Shown: positions 38,650 through 49,324, counted from the first letter of the stretch. The stretch: 64,000 nucleotides of DNA from Gammaproteobacteria bacterium (GCA_029243595.1 JAQWRQ010000028.1:40321-104320); one strand, 5' to 3'. Program-made: numbers and translations. Notes: generated by a model not told the origin, from the sequence alone.

Positions 38650-40098
38650 TTAATAATTGACATCACCTACATGAAGAATCTTCATCACGTTTGTGCCGCC
38701 TGATTTGTCTTTGTACATCCCTTTGGTCAATACTACCAAATCTCCATCTTTTACAACCTCGTTTTTTGTCAGTGTTTCGATCACCGTTTCATTCACCTGA
38801 GACCAGTCATCGGCACTGGATTTTTCAATACCGCACGGATAAACGCCGCGATATAGTGTTACTTTACGTAATGTCTGCACATTATCACTCATCGCAAAAA
38901 TTGAAATATTCGAGCTCATTCTTGACATCCACATGGCTGTTTTTCCAGTCTCTGTCAGTGCAGCAACTACTTTCACACCCAAGTGATTAGCTGCATACAT
39001 AGTGCTCATAGCAATTGTCTCATCAATTTCTCTAAAATGCTCATGCAAACGATGGTGAGAAGTTTTAGCAATCGGGTTTTTCTCACTTTCTAAGCAAACA
39101 TCATGCATTGTCTTAACTGCATTTTGTGGGTAAGCGCCTGCTGCTGTTTCAGCTGAAAGCATCACTGCATCAGTACCATCCAATACGGCATTTGCCACAT
39201 CGAATACTTCTGCTCGTGTTGGAATGGGGTTTTCGATCATTGATTCAAGCATCTGCGTAGCGGTGATCACAATACGATCGTTTGATCTGGCTAGTTTGAT
39301 TAATCTTTTTTGTTGTGCTGGTAACTGGGCATCGCCAATTTCAACACCCAAATCACCACGAGCCACCATAATGCCGGCTGATTCTTCGATAATATCGAGA
39401 ATGGTTTCTTCTACTAATGATTCAGCACGCTCAATTTTTGAAATAACGCCTGCATGTGCACCCGCTTCGGCTAATAATTTTTTGGTTTCACGAACATCAT
39501 CACCACTCACTGGGAATGATAGTGCCACATAATCAGCTTTGGCTTTAGCAGCCGTAAAAATGTCTTTTTTATCTTTTTCAGTTAGTGCATTGGCTGACAA
39601 GCCGCCGCCACGAAGGTTAATACCCTTCTTGTCAGATAAAGGCCCGCCCTGAGTCACTACTGTGTTAATTTTATTGCCCTCGACACCGGTAACCTCTAAA
39701 ACAACCTTGCCATCATCTAGCAATAATACATTGCCAGACTTAACTTCCTGGGGTAGTGTTTTATAAGCAATGCCAACTGACTCTTGAGTGCCTGACAATT
39801 CATCCATATCAGCGTCTAAGGCGAACGAGTCGCCGTTATTAAGCTGGATTTTAATGCCGTCTTTAAAACAAGCGGTACGGATTTTTGGACCTTGAAGATC
39901 CATCAATACACCAACATAAGTATTGTTGGCTTGCGCCCATTCACGTACTGCTTTTACACGGCCTAAATGCTCTTCTTCTGAGCCATGTGAGAAGTTAATG
40001 CGAACCACATTCACACCTGCAGCTAGAATACTTTCTAAAACGCCTTCTTTATCCGTTGCCGGGCCAAGTGTTGCTAATATTTTGGTTCTTCTTGCCAA
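38650..40098 (-). CDS. pyk: Pyruvate kinase (PykA-like)
   Basis: 482 aa, collinear with E. coli PykA ([28 protein letters not shown]). The start is TTG, with a GGAG SD inside the pgk 3' end. Confidence 0.9.
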   Translation of the reverse strand: MARRTKILATLGPATDKEGVLESILAAGVNVVRINFSHGSEEEHLGRVKAVREWAQANNTYVGVLMDLQGPKIRTACFKDGIKIQLNNGDSFALDADMDELSGTQESVGIAYKTLPQEVKSGNVLLLDDGKVVLEVTGVEGNKINTVVTQGGPLSDKKGINLRGGGLSANALTEKDKKDIFTAAKAKADYVALSFPVSGDDVRETKKLLAEAGAHAGVISKIERAESLVEETILDIIEESAGIMVARGDLGVEIGDAQLPAQQKRLIKLARSNDRIVITATQMLESMIENPIPTRAEVFDVANAVLDGTDAVMLSAETAAGAYPQNAVKTMHDVCLESEKNPIAKTSHHRLHEHFREIDETIAMSTMYAANHLGVKVVAALTETGKTAMWMSRMSSNISIFAMSDNVQTLRKVTLYRGVYPCGIEKSSADDWSQVNETVIETLTKNEVVKDGDLVVLTKGMYKDKSGGTNVMKILHVGDVNY

Positions 40099-40101
40099 GT
40101 T

Positions 40102-41265
40102 TTACTCCGCTGCTCTTTGTTCTAAAATTTCTACTGCTGGTAATTTTTTGCCTTCTAAGAATTCTAAGAATGCACCACCACCGGTTGAGATGTAGCTAAC
40201 TCTGTCTTCAATATCGTACTTATCAACTGCTGCTAAGGTGTCTCCACCGCCTGCAATTGAAAACGCATCAGACTCAGCAATCGCCATCGCCAATGTTTTA
40301 GTACCGCCTTCAAATTGATCAAACTCAAATACGCCTACCGGGCCATTCCAAACAATTGTACCAGCATTTTTCATAATCTCAGCTAACTCAGCTGCTGAAT
40401 CTGGGCCAATATCAAACATCATATCATCATCAACCACTGCGTCAGATGACTTAGTTTCTGCCGGTGTTGTTTCTGAAAACTCTTTGCCACAAACAACGTC
40501 AGTGGGCACAGGAATCTCGCAGTCTTCCATAAGCTTTTTAGCTGTTGGAATTAAATCGTGCTCACATAATGATTTACCAACATTATGACCTTGTGCTGCA
40601 ATAAAGGTATTGGCAATACCGCCACCAACAACTAATTGGTCAACAATTTTAGATAAAGACTCCAAAACTGTTAATTTAGTTGATACTTTAGAACCACCAA
40701 CAATCGCCACCATTGGGCGTTTAGGGTTGTCTAGTGCTTTACCTAATGCCTCTAACTCGCCTGACAATAACGGACCAGAACAAGCAACCGGTGCATATTT
40801 AGCCACACCATGAGTTGAAGCTTGTGCACGGTGCGCTGTACCAAATGCATCCATCGCAAAGATGTCACACATCGCTGCCATACGCTTAGATAAGTCATCA
40901 CCATTTGCCATTTCACCTTCGTTAAAACGAACATTTTCACAAAGAACAACATCACCATCATTCATATCAACGCCATCTAACCAGTTAGTTTCTAAACGAA
41001 CGTTAACACCTAGCAACTCTGTTAGACGATCAGCAACCGGCTGCAAAGTAAACTCATCACTCGCTTCGCCTTCTGTTGGGCGACCACGGTGTGACATTAA
41101 CATGACTTTAGCACCTTGTTTCATTGCCATTTCAATGGTTGGCAATGAAGCTTTAATACGCTTGTCACTAGTAACTACGCCATCTTTGATAGGTACGTTA
41201 AGGTCTTGACGGATGAGTACTCTTTTTGAGCTTAAATCTAAATCTGATAAATTGATAACTGACAT
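40102..41265 (-). CDS. pgk: Phosphoglycerate kinase
   Basis: 387 aa with canonical motifs (RQDLNVP, GGAKVSTK-like [14 protein letters not shown]). Confidence 0.95.
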   Translation of the reverse strand: MSVINLSDLDLSSKRVLIRQDLNVPIKDGVVTSDKRIKASLPTIEMAMKQGAKVMLMSHRGRPTEGEASDEFTLQPVADRLTELLGVNVRLETNWLDGVDMNDGDVVLCENVRFNEGEMANGDDLSKRMAAMCDIFAMDAFGTAHRAQASTHGVAKYAPVACSGPLLSGELEALGKALDNPKRPMVAIVGGSKVSTKLTVLESLSKIVDQLVVGGGIANTFIAAQGHNVGKSLCEHDLIPTAKKLMEDCEIPVPTDVVCGKEFSETTPAETKSSDAVVDDDMMFDIGPDSAAELAEIMKNAGTIVWNGPVGVFEFDQFEGGTKTLAMAIAESDAFSIAGGGDTLAAVDKYDIEDRVSYISTGGGAFLEFLEGKKLPAVEILEQRAAE

Positions 41266-41292
41266 AATAATTCTCCTGCTTATTTATACTTA

Positions 41293-41685
41293 CTATACAA
41301 CAGACTGATCAATAATTTTAATCAGGCTTTGTTCAACTGGCTCGATCAGTGATGACAAGTCATCGGCATCTGACAGCTGAGTAATATGTTTAGAGGGCAA
41401 TGCTAGTCCAACTTTAGTAGCACCATCCTGTGTAAATACCGAAATCCGGCATGGCAACACTGTCGCCAAATTCATATCCTTTTCAAGGATATCTTTTGCA
41501 ACCTTTGGGTTACAAATTTCAAACACGTGACATTCTTGTGTCAACTCTTGGCCTTTACTAGCCAGCGTTTGTTTAATGTCGTAAGAATGCAAAATTCCAA
41601 ACTGATTGTTTGGAACGGCTTCTTTTAAATTTTCAATAACTTCATCAACACTAAGTTGAGAGTCTCGAATATATAAATCTGACAT
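41293..41685 (-). CDS. DUF302-family protein
   Basis: About 130 aa. Has the DUF302-like pattern with ICNPKVA and LPCRISVF. I prefer ATG 41685 (MSDLYIRD). The ORF-track ATG at 41703 lies in the loop of the gap terminator hairpin. Neither start has an obvious SD. Confidence 0.7.
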   Translation of the reverse strand: MSDLYIRDSQLSVDEVIENLKEAVPNNQFGILHSYDIKQTLASKGQELTQECHVFEICNPKVAKDILEKDMNLATVLPCRISVFTQDGATKVGLALPSKHITQLSDADDLSSLIEPVEQSLIKIIDQSVV

Positions 41686-41690
41686 AAAAA

Positions 41691-41722
41691 ATACGGCCCG
41701 CATTAGCGAGCCGTATTTTTTT
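41691..41722. terminator. Hairpin with flanking A/T runs immediately after gap, abutting the DUF302 start
   Basis: ATACGGCCCGC-atta-GCGAGCCGTAT (one mismatch), with aaaaa upstream and ttttttt downstream. On the minus strand the T-run ends directly at ATG 41685. Confidence 0.6.
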
Positions 41723-41727
41723 ATTAA

Positions 41728-42723
41728 TTAAGCAATATGCTCAACTAAACGAAGCATGTTACACGTGTAACCATACTCGTTATCGTACCAAGAAACAACC
41801 TTAACAAATGTATCGTCAAGTGCAATACCGGCATTAGCATCAAAGATTGAAGAAGCACTTACACCACGGAAGTCTGATGAAACCACCATGTCTTCTGTGT
41901 ATTGTAATGTACCTTTCATTGAGCCTTCTGAAGCCTCTTTAATTGCTGCACAAATTTCTTCGTATGTTGCAGGCTTGTCTAACTCACAAGTTAGGTCAAC
42001 CACTGAAACGTCAACTGAAGGAATACGGAAAGCCATACCTGTTAATTTGCCGTTAAGCTCAGGTAAAACCACACCTACTGCTTTAGCAGCGCCTGTTGAT
42101 GAAGGAATTATGTTCTCAAATACTGCACGACCACCTCTCCAGTCTTTCATAGAAGGGCCATCAACAGTCTTCTGTGTAGCAGTTGACGCATGAACAGTAG
42201 TCATAAGACCACGCTTTAAGCCCCAGTTATCATTGATAACTTTAGCAATTGGTGCTAAACAGTTAGTTGTACATGAAGCTGCAGAAACGATTGCTTGACC
42301 AGCGTACTCAGTGTGGTTTACACCGTATACAAACATTGGTGTGCCATCTTTAGAAGGTGCTGATTGAACTACCTTCTTAGCGCCAGCATCAATGTGTGGC
42401 TGACAAGACTCTTCAGTTAAGAAGAAACCAGTACAGTCAATTGCTACGTCTACGTCGATGTCGCCCCATGCTAAATCTGCAGGGTTGCGCTCAGCTGAAA
42501 GACGAATCTTTTTACCGTCGATAACAAAGTTGTTACCTTCTACCGCTACTTCACCGTCGAAACGACCGTGTGCTGTGTCATACTTAAGCATATATGCTAA
42601 GTAATCGTTGTCTAATAAGTCGTTAATACCGACTACTTCTAGCTCTGGAAAATCTTTTGCAATTGCACGAAATACCATGCGACCAATACGACCAAAACCG
42701 TTAATACCTACTTTTATTGCCAT
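41728..42723 (-). CDS. gap: Glyceraldehyde-3-phosphate dehydrogenase
   Basis: 331 aa. NAD fold INGFGRIGR and active site SCTTNC are present. An AGGAG SD is present. Confidence 0.95.
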   Translation of the reverse strand: MAIKVGINGFGRIGRMVFRAIAKDFPELEVVGINDLLDNDYLAYMLKYDTAHGRFDGEVAVEGNNFVIDGKKIRLSAERNPADLAWGDIDVDVAIDCTGFFLTEESCQPHIDAGAKKVVQSAPSKDGTPMFVYGVNHTEYAGQAIVSAASCTTNCLAPIAKVINDNWGLKRGLMTTVHASTATQKTVDGPSMKDWRGGRAVFENIIPSSTGAAKAVGVVLPELNGKLTGMAFRIPSVDVSVVDLTCELDKPATYEEICAAIKEASEGSMKGTLQYTEDMVVSSDFRGVSASSIFDANAGIALDDTFVKVVSWYDNEYGYTCNMLRLVEHIA

Positions 42724-42737
42724 CTTTTCTTACTCCT

Positions 42738-42774
42738 ATTTACTTTTTATTTACTTTTTATTTACTTTTATTAC
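42738..42774. repeat. Tandem 11-bp repeat (ATTTACTTTTT x about 3.4) just upstream of the gap SD
   Basis: Plus strand reads atttacttttt atttacttttt atttactttt attac. On the coding (minus) strand this is phased AAAAAGTAAAT units with roughly one helical turn periodicity. Confidence 0.85.
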
Positions 42775-42799
42775 GATTACACCAAAAGGATGTAATTTT

Positions 42800-42835
42800 T
42801 ATTAAAACAAAGTCGTTGCATGCAACGACTTTGTT
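42800..42835 (-). terminator. Rho-independent terminator after tkt
   Basis: A perfect 30-nt palindrome, AACAAAGTCGTTGCA/TGCAACGACTTTGTT, is followed on the minus strand by ttttaat. Confidence 0.75.
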
Positions 42836-42846
42836 CAATTCTTTAT

Positions 42847-44829
42847 TTAACCTAATACGTTTTTAGCAGTCGCAACAACGTTGTCTACGGTAAAGCCAAA
42901 TTCTTTGAATAGGTCGCCTGCTGGTGCAGATTCGCCAAAGGTTGTCATGCAAACCAAACCGCCGTCGATACCAACATACTTGTACCAACCATCACCAACG
43001 CCTGCTTCAATTGCAATACGCTTAGTGCCTGGTGTTAATACAGAATCTCTATATGCTTGATCTTGCTCGTCATAAGCATTTGTACAAGGCATTGAAACTA
43101 CACGTACGTTTGCGTCCATCGCTTCAGCAGCTTCTACCGCTAAACCAACTTCAGAACCCGTTGCGATAAAGATAATATCAGCGTCGCCGTCACAATCTTT
43201 AAGTACGTAACCACCTTTTTCAATATTAGCTACTTGCTCAGCCGTACGCGGTTGAGGTGTTAAAGCTTGACGTGAGAAAACCAAACCTGTTGGTGCGCTG
43301 CCTCTCAACATTGCCATCTTCCAAGATACTGCTGATTCGATTGCATCACAACCTCTCCAAGAATGGAAACCAGGAATCATGCGCATAGTTGACATTTGTT
43401 CAACTGGCTGATGTGTTGGACCATCTTCACCCAGACCGATAGAATCATGTGTGTAAACATAAATTGTACCAATCTTCATCAATGATGACATACGTAACGC
43501 ATTACGCATGAACTCCATAAACATAAAGAATGTTGCGCCGTAAACCTTAAAACCACCATGAAGAACCATACCGTTCATCATGTGTGCCATACCAAATTCA
43601 CGTACACCCCAAGAGATGTAGTTACCGTTGGCATTGTCTGCATTTACTTTAACAGTGCCTGACCAATTAGTTAGGTTTGAACCTGTTAAGTCTGCAGAAC
43701 CACCAAACATCTCTGGTAGTAATGGACCCATCGCTTCGATTGCTTTTTGTGACGCTTGACGTGATGCAATGTTTGGCATTTCGTCTTGAGTGTTGGCAAT
43801 AAACTTATCCATTTCCATTTCAAAGTTTGCTGGCAATGTGCCTGCCATACGACGCTCAAATTCTGATGCATCTTCAGGGAACTCGGTCTTATATGCTGCA
43901 AATGCATCATTCCAAGCCGCTTCATCTGTAGCACCTTGTGCTTTATGGTCCCAACCTGCGTATACGTCAGCAGGGATTTCAAATGGAGCATGATCCCAAC
44001 CTAACTCTTTACGTGTTGCCGCGATTTCTTCGTCGCCTAATGGCGCGCCGTGACAATCGTGTGTACCTGCTAAGTTTGGCGAACCAAAACCGATTGTTGT
44101 TTTACAACAAATCAAACTTGGCTTATCTGTTACCGCTTTAGATTCAGTGATCGCTTTGCTGATTGCATCTGCATCATGGCCATCAACTGCAACCACGTGC
44201 CAGTCGTATGAGTTAAAACGTCCTGGGACGCCTTTTTCCATCCAATCACCAATATGACCATCAATAGAAATATCGTTATCATCCCAAAATGCGATTAATT
44301 TACCTAAGCCTAATGTACCAGCCATTGCACATGATTCATGTGACAAGCCTTCCATTAAACAACCATCACCCATAAATACGTAAGTGTTGTGGTCAACAAT
44401 TGTGTGACCTGGCTTGTTGAATTGTGCGCCTAATGTGCGCTCAGCAATTGCCATACCAACAGCGTTAGTAATGCCTTGACCTAATGGGCCAGTTGTTGTT
44501 TCAATACCTTCAGCATAACCATACTCAGGGTGACCTGCAGTTTTAGCGTGTAGTTGACGGAAATCTTTGATATCATCCATGCTTAATTCGAAACCCGTTA
44601 AATGTAATAACGAATACATAAGCATTGAACCATGGCCGTTTGATAATACAAAACGGTCACGATCTGCCCACTTAGAGCTAGTTGGATTGTACTTCATGTG
44701 ATCGTTCCAAAGTACTTCAGCAATATCTGCCATACCCATTGGTGCACCCGGGTGGCCTGAATTTGCTTTTTGAACTGCGTCCATGCTTAGGGCGCGAATT
44801 GCGTTTGCTAGATCTCTGCGTGATGGCAT
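42847..44829 (-). CDS. tkt: Transketolase
   Basis: 660 aa. Has the TPP-binding N-terminus ([11 protein letters not shown]) and GDGCLMEG. Collinear with TktA. Confidence 0.95.
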   Translation of the reverse strand: MPSRRDLANAIRALSMDAVQKANSGHPGAPMGMADIAEVLWNDHMKYNPTSSKWADRDRFVLSNGHGSMLMYSLLHLTGFELSMDDIKDFRQLHAKTAGHPEYGYAEGIETTTGPLGQGITNAVGMAIAERTLGAQFNKPGHTIVDHNTYVFMGDGCLMEGLSHESCAMAGTLGLGKLIAFWDDNDISIDGHIGDWMEKGVPGRFNSYDWHVVAVDGHDADAISKAITESKAVTDKPSLICCKTTIGFGSPNLAGTHDCHGAPLGDEEIAATRKELGWDHAPFEIPADVYAGWDHKAQGATDEAAWNDAFAAYKTEFPEDASEFERRMAGTLPANFEMEMDKFIANTQDEMPNIASRQASQKAIEAMGPLLPEMFGGSADLTGSNLTNWSGTVKVNADNANGNYISWGVREFGMAHMMNGMVLHGGFKVYGATFFMFMEFMRNALRMSSLMKIGTIYVYTHDSIGLGEDGPTHQPVEQMSTMRMIPGFHSWRGCDAIESAVSWKMAMLRGSAPTGLVFSRQALTPQPRTAEQVANIEKGGYVLKDCDGDADIIFIATGSEVGLAVEAAEAMDANVRVVSMPCTNAYDEQDQAYRDSVLTPGTKRIAIEAGVGDGWYKYVGIDGGLVCMTTFGESAPAGDLFKEFGFTVDNVVATAKNVLG

Positions 44830-44921
44830 ATAATTTCCTCGAACAAAACTGAATAATTATACCCAAAACCCAAAACCAATCAAGGGCGTTTAGTCTGTTT
44901 GTTGTTTACACGACAGTTTGG

Positions 44922-46913
44922 CTAATCCTCTCCTGTTGTCAAATACAACTCAACACGTTCCATGTCTTCTGGCGTACCACTGAGCACTAGATGATCTTCT
45001 ATTCTTAATCGGGTTTCATCCGAAGGGTTATTGCCTCGAATACTGCCACGCTTAATGGCTTGAACTTGAATATCAAATTGGTCAAACGCAAGTTCACCAA
45101 TTGCCTTACCCGTCGCAAAATCATCAGCACTTAAAATAATGGCATGAATAACACCTTTCATTACTTGGTGTTGTTCCATCGGGTTGTCATCTTCGCCTGG
45201 GTAAAAACTCTCCAGCAAGCTGTAACGATTTTTACGAATATCTCTAACTTCTCTAAACACTTTTCTAGGCGGCTCGCCAATCATTAACATCAGATGTGAA
45301 GCCAACATAATGCTCGACTCAAACGTATCTGGAATCACCTCATTCGCACCCGCTTCAAATAACTCATCTACATGAGCATCATCTGGCGTACGCACTAGGA
45401 TTGGAATATGTTTATCCATACGTCGTATGTTTTTTAGGATTTTAATCGACGCATGAAAATCACTAAAGGTGACGATAACAATCTGCGCCTTATTAAGATG
45501 CGCCGCTTGCAAAATCGTTTGTTTAGCGGCATCACCATAGTACACACTCTCACCCGCGACATGCGCCTCATGCACACGTCTAATATCCATATCTAATGCA
45601 ATAAAAGGCTTATTTGATTTGGATAAAAAACGACTCACCGTTTGCCCCACACGGCCAAACCCACACAAAATCACGTGTTGATCAAGGTGCTGACTGTTAT
45701 CCATAATGGCTCGTTCAATCTCATGGTGATTGGCCGAATAAGAATCCTTATGCCATGTTTTGCATATCCTTCCATTAAACTTCAGTAAAAACGGCGCCAT
45801 AGACATACTCAACACTGCCGCTGTTAATAAAATATTGCCCATCTCTGTTGGTAATAATTTATAAGTAAATGCAAGCGTCATTAGTACCAAACCAAACTCA
45901 CCCACTTGCGATAATGACAGCGCGATACGCAATGCCACGCCACCTTCTTTTTTAAATATCCTAGCAACCATGTACAACACCACGCCTTTGAGCAACATAA
46001 TGCCAAGCGTAATAGCAATAATCAAGCCAAAATGCTGTTGCAAAACATCCAGTGAAATCAGCATACCCACCGTTACAAAAAACAAGCCCAGTAAAATATC
46101 CTGGAACGGGCGAATGTCCGATTCAATCTGGTGACGATACTCTGTCTCACTCAGCATCATGCCGGCCAAAAATGCACCCAGCGTCATTGACAATCCCATC
46201 TGTTCAGTAAAGGCAGCAGCACCTAATGCAACGGTCAACACCGTTAAGGTAAATAACTCTTGTGATTTTGCAGAAGCCACTTCATGAAACAGTGGTCTAA
46301 GTAAATACTTGCCAATCAAATGCATGATCACCACTACCAGAACGCCTTTCAAAAAAGCAAAACCTAAAGTCACGCCAAGCGTATTGTCGCCCACACTACT
46401 TAACGCCAAAGCCGGAATTAGAATCAACAGCGGAATGGCAATAATATCTTGAAAAATCAACACACCCAAAGCAGAGCGCCCATGGCGAGAATGAATCTCA
46501 GATTGCTCAGTGAGTTGCTTGATCACAATCGCAGTTGAAGACAAAGCAAAAGCACTGGAAATCACAATATTAGTATTGGTATCCAAACCCGACAAATAAC
46601 CCACAAGATACACCAAAAGTGCAGTTGTAACCACTTGCACCGTACCCAGGCCAAATACCTGTCGGCGCATAGAGATCATTTGCGCAAGGGAGAATTCTAA
46701 ACCAATGGCAAACAGCAAAAATACAATACCAAACTCAGCCAAAAGCTCAATATTTTCTTCTTTATCAATCCAACCAAATCCATTCGGACCAACAATAATA
46801 CCGACAATAATGTATCCTAAAATTGGCGGAAAATGCAGTCGTCGAGACAGCGCTACAATTGCCACAGCAATGGCGAGCAGTAAAACAATGTGGATTAATA
46901 AATAGTCGTTCAT
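44922..46913 (-). CDS. CPA2-family monovalent cation:proton antiporter with C-terminal TrkA-N (KTN) and TrkA-C domains (Kef/YbaL-like)
   Basis: 663 aa. About 12 TM helices are followed by the Rossmann motif ILCGFGRVGQ and a C-terminal RCK-C-like domain. Confidence 0.85.
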   Translation of the reverse strand: MNDYLLIHIVLLLAIAVAIVALSRRLHFPPILGYIIVGIIVGPNGFGWIDKEENIELLAEFGIVFLLFAIGLEFSLAQMISMRRQVFGLGTVQVVTTALLVYLVGYLSGLDTNTNIVISSAFALSSTAIVIKQLTEQSEIHSRHGRSALGVLIFQDIIAIPLLILIPALALSSVGDNTLGVTLGFAFLKGVLVVVIMHLIGKYLLRPLFHEVASAKSQELFTLTVLTVALGAAAFTEQMGLSMTLGAFLAGMMLSETEYRHQIESDIRPFQDILLGLFFVTVGMLISLDVLQQHFGLIIAITLGIMLLKGVVLYMVARIFKKEGGVALRIALSLSQVGEFGLVLMTLAFTYKLLPTEMGNILLTAAVLSMSMAPFLLKFNGRICKTWHKDSYSANHHEIERAIMDNSQHLDQHVILCGFGRVGQTVSRFLSKSNKPFIALDMDIRRVHEAHVAGESVYYGDAAKQTILQAAHLNKAQIVIVTFSDFHASIKILKNIRRMDKHIPILVRTPDDAHVDELFEAGANEVIPDTFESSIMLASHLMLMIGEPPRKVFREVRDIRKNRYSLLESFYPGEDDNPMEQHQVMKGVIHAIILSADDFATGKAIGELAFDQFDIQVQAIKRGSIRGNNPSDETRLRIEDHLVLSGTPEDMERVELYLTTGED

Positions 46914-47028
46914 ATTTTAAAATACACTCACTTTTATTACACAAGGAAAAGGGGATGGTACCCTTTTATCAAGCTTTCTTGTTTATTCATGGGTTAATTA
47001 TATCTAAAAATAGACAAATCAAGCTGGA

Positions 47029-47055
47029 CAAAAAAATACCCCTGAAAAGGGGTAT
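47029..47055 (-). terminator. Rho-independent terminator downstream of tRNA-Met
   Basis: ATACCCCT-gaaa-AGGGGTAT stem, followed by 7 T on the minus strand. Confidence 0.8.
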
Positions 47056-47064
47056 TAGAATAGA

Positions 47065-47141
47065 TGGTGGTTATAGGTGGACTTGAACCACCGACCCCAG
47101 CATTATGAATGCTGTGCTCTAACCAGCTGAGCTACATAACC
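47065..47141 (-). tRNA. tRNA with CAT anticodon, elongator tRNA-Met type (tRNA-Ile2/lysidine not excluded); CCA encoded
   Basis: Reverse complement: GGTTATGTAGCTCAGCTGGTTAGAGCACAGCATTCATAATGCTGGGGTCGGTGGTTCAAGTCCACCTATAACCACCA. The cloverleaf folds with a 7-bp acceptor stem (one G.U pair), and the anticodon loop is TTCATAA. It is not initiator type: positions 1:72 are paired and the anticodon stem has no GGG/CCC. Confidence 0.9.
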
Positions 47142-47153
47142 AAAAGAGCGTGT

Positions 47154-47182
47154 ATTATCGATATATTTGGCAATAATGTCAA
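47154..47182 (-). promoter_or_regulatory. Near-consensus sigma70 promoter for tRNA-Met (TTGACA-17-GATAAT)
   Basis: On the minus strand, -35 TTGACA lies at 47182-47177, followed by a 17-nt spacer and -10 GATAAT at 47159-47154. The -10 ends 12 nt before tRNA position 1. Confidence 0.6.
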
Positions 47183-47217
47183 TAGCCAGAAGCATAATAT
47201 TGCTAAAATCAATAAGT

Positions 47218-47823
47218 ATGAAAACCCTTAAAATTGCACTGACTGGCGGTATTGCTTGTGGAAAATCAAGCGTTATTCAAGTGTTTAAAAAATATGCAAT
47301 CGATATTATTGATCTTGATGTGATTGCACGAGAGGTAGTTGGACCTGAGTCGCAAGGCTTAATTGAGCTGGTTGCTCACTTTGGTAATGGCATTCTTAAC
47401 GATGATCAAACACTTAATCGACAAGCTCTGCGACAAGCACTGTTTGAAAATAGTAAAAACCAGCAGATCATTGAAAAAATATTGCATCCAGAAATATTGG
47501 AAAAAATGCAAATGGACATCAAAAAGCTTAATACTCGACTGGTGGTGGTTGAAGTGCCGTTGCTAGTAGAGCAGAATTTGTCAAATTTGTTTGATCGAGC
47601 AGTTGTGGTGGACTGTAATGAACAAAATCAGCTAAAAAGGCTGTTAAAACGTGAAGATATCGATGAAAAACTCGCTAAAACCATGATTTCAGTGCAAGCT
47701 AGCCGAGAACAGCGCTTAGCATTAAGTGAAAAATTACCCACCGATATCATTGAAAATAATTTGGAAATTTCTGAAATGGAACAAAAAGCGCAAGATCTAG
47801 CACAAAAACTACTTAATTTGTAA
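47218..47823 (+). CDS. coaE: Dephospho-CoA kinase
   Basis: P-loop LTGGIACGKSS directly follows ATG 47218 (MKTLKIALTGG). The ORF-track TTG start at 47167 would run through the tRNA promoter, so it was rejected. Confidence 0.9.
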   Translation: MKTLKIALTGGIACGKSSVIQVFKKYAIDIIDLDVIAREVVGPESQGLIELVAHFGNGILNDDQTLNRQALRQALFENSKNQQIIEKILHPEILEKMQMDIKKLNTRLVVVEVPLLVEQNLSNLFDRAVVVDCNEQNQLKRLLKREDIDEKLAKTMISVQASREQRLALSEKLPTDIIENNLEISEMEQKAQDLAQKLLNL

Positions 47824-48120
47824 TCGCTCTACAAGTTTGCCACCGACCAAATGCTCAGTAATGATTTCATCAACATCATCTTCATCAATATACTGATACC
47901 AAACATTATCAGGGTACACCACGGCTACGGGGCCGTGCTCGCACCTACCTAAACAGCGCGATTCACTCACGCCAATTTTACCTTCGCCGAGCTTACCCTC
48001 ATCGCGGCACTTATCCTTAGCATGGCGATACATATCGCCAGCACCGAGCTGTGAACAGCAGGCTTTGCCGTCATCACGTACGTTGTTACAGAAAAAGATG
48101 TGGCGTGTGTAATAACTCAT
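47809..48120 (-). CDS. Thioredoxin-like [2Fe-2S] ferredoxin domain protein
   Basis: 103 aa. Four Cys in the pattern FFC...CC...CLGRCEHGP, typical of thioredoxin-like [2Fe-2S] ferredoxins. It has a 4-nt overlap with the rsmI stop. Confidence 0.7.
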   Translation of the reverse strand: MSYYTRHIFFCNNVRDDGKACCSQLGAGDMYRHAKDKCRDEGKLGEGKIGVSESRCLGRCEHGPVAVVYPDNVWYQYIDEDDVDEIITEHLVGGKLVERLQIK

Positions 48121-48941
48121 GATTCTATCGCCCTACTATAGCAATATTTTTTATCAATGCCTGTAATTTTGGCAGCTAACTTAGCTGCTTTTGAGGCGCC
48201 CATTTCTGTGAGCAAAATTGGCAATATCTTATCCAGCTGTTCTTCACCTAAAACTTTATTGTTTTTATCAATAGCTGAAATCAAAATCACAAATTCACCT
48301 TTTTGGTGTGTGTCATCTGCTTGCAGGTAATCAATCAATACTGGCAAAGTATCGGTTTTAATGGTTTCAAATGCTTTGGTTAATTCCTTAGCAAAGCAGA
48401 CAACACGCTCATCACCTAAGACAGATTTCAGATCTTGTGCACAAGCCAAAATACGCTTGGGCGATTCGTAAAAAATAGCTGTTTGGTCAATATGGGCAAT
48501 GGCTTGAATAGCTTTGATGCGTGCTGATTGTTTGGCAGGTAAAAAACCAAAAAAACCAAATCGATCACTGGCAATGCCAGATACACTCATGGCGCTGATC
48601 ATCGCACTTGGGCCAGGAGCCGGCACCACATCAACGCCAGATTTTTTTGCTTCACTCACCAGCACATAGCCAGGATCACTAATCAGTGGTGTGCCGGCAT
48701 CACTAATCAGTGCCATGTTTTTTCCGTCCAACAGCTCATTAATAACAGCAGCTGTTTTTTTGGTTTCGTTGTGTTCATGGAATGCACGCATTGGTGTGCT
48801 GATGTCATAATGACTCAGTAGTCGTTTAGAATGACGGGTGTCTTCCGCCAAAATCACATCGACGGTTTTTAGTATGTCAAGCGCCCTAAAGGTGATATCA
48901 TCTAAATTTCCAATCGGCGTGGCAACAATATATAACGGCAT
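48117..48941 (-). CDS. rsmI: 16S rRNA (cytidine1402-2'-O)-methyltransferase
   Basis: 274 aa. N-terminal LYIVATPIGNLDDIT.RAL..L..VD.I.AEDTR is characteristic of RsmI. Confidence 0.9.
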   Translation of the reverse strand: MPLYIVATPIGNLDDITFRALDILKTVDVILAEDTRHSKRLLSHYDISTPMRAFHEHNETKKTAAVINELLDGKNMALISDAGTPLISDPGYVLVSEAKKSGVDVVPAPGPSAMISAMSVSGIASDRFGFFGFLPAKQSARIKAIQAIAHIDQTAIFYESPKRILACAQDLKSVLGDERVVCFAKELTKAFETIKTDTLPVLIDYLQADDTHQKGEFVILISAIDKNNKVLGEEQLDKILPILLTEMGASKAAKLAAKITGIDKKYCYSRAIES

Positions 48942-48946
48942 AGATT

Positions 48947-49318
48947 ATGTTTAGTTTCAAACGAAAAACCGGCAACCAAGCAGAAAACCTAGCGCTGATC
49001 TATTTGCAAGAAAACGGCTTGCAACTAATCGAACAAAACTATTTAACCAAGTGTGGTGAAATAGACATTATTATGCTTGATAAATCAGAACAAACACTAG
49101 TTTTTGTTGAAGTTCGTTATCGTCAAAATGATCAATTTGGCTCGGCCACTGATACCGTTGATCGTCATAAACAAAACAAGCTGATTCGCACTGCACAGCA
49201 CTATCTTCAACAACATGCAAAATATCAAGAATTTATCTGTCGGTTTGATGTTGTCGGGATTGAATCTGATTTAAAATATCCTAAAATCAATTGGATAAAA
49301 AATGCTTTCGAGGCTTAA
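48947..49318 (+). CDS. yraN: YraN-family (UPF0102) predicted endonuclease
   Basis: 123 aa. Has the GEIDII...VFVEVR...R PD-(D/E)XK-like core. It lies divergent from rsmI, as in E. coli. Confidence 0.85.
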   Translation: MFSFKRKTGNQAENLALIYLQENGLQLIEQNYLTKCGEIDIIMLDKSEQTLVFVEVRYRQNDQFGSATDTVDRHKQNKLIRTAQHYLQQHAKYQEFICRFDVVGIESDLKYPKINWIKNAFEA

Positions 49319-49324
49319 TCAATT

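Noticed and set aside
47029-47217. tRNA genes considered as integration hot spots for genomic islands (also 58271-58472).
   Set aside because: I saw no integrase, no direct repeat of the tRNA 3' end, and no compositional break. Both tRNAs are flanked by housekeeping genes.
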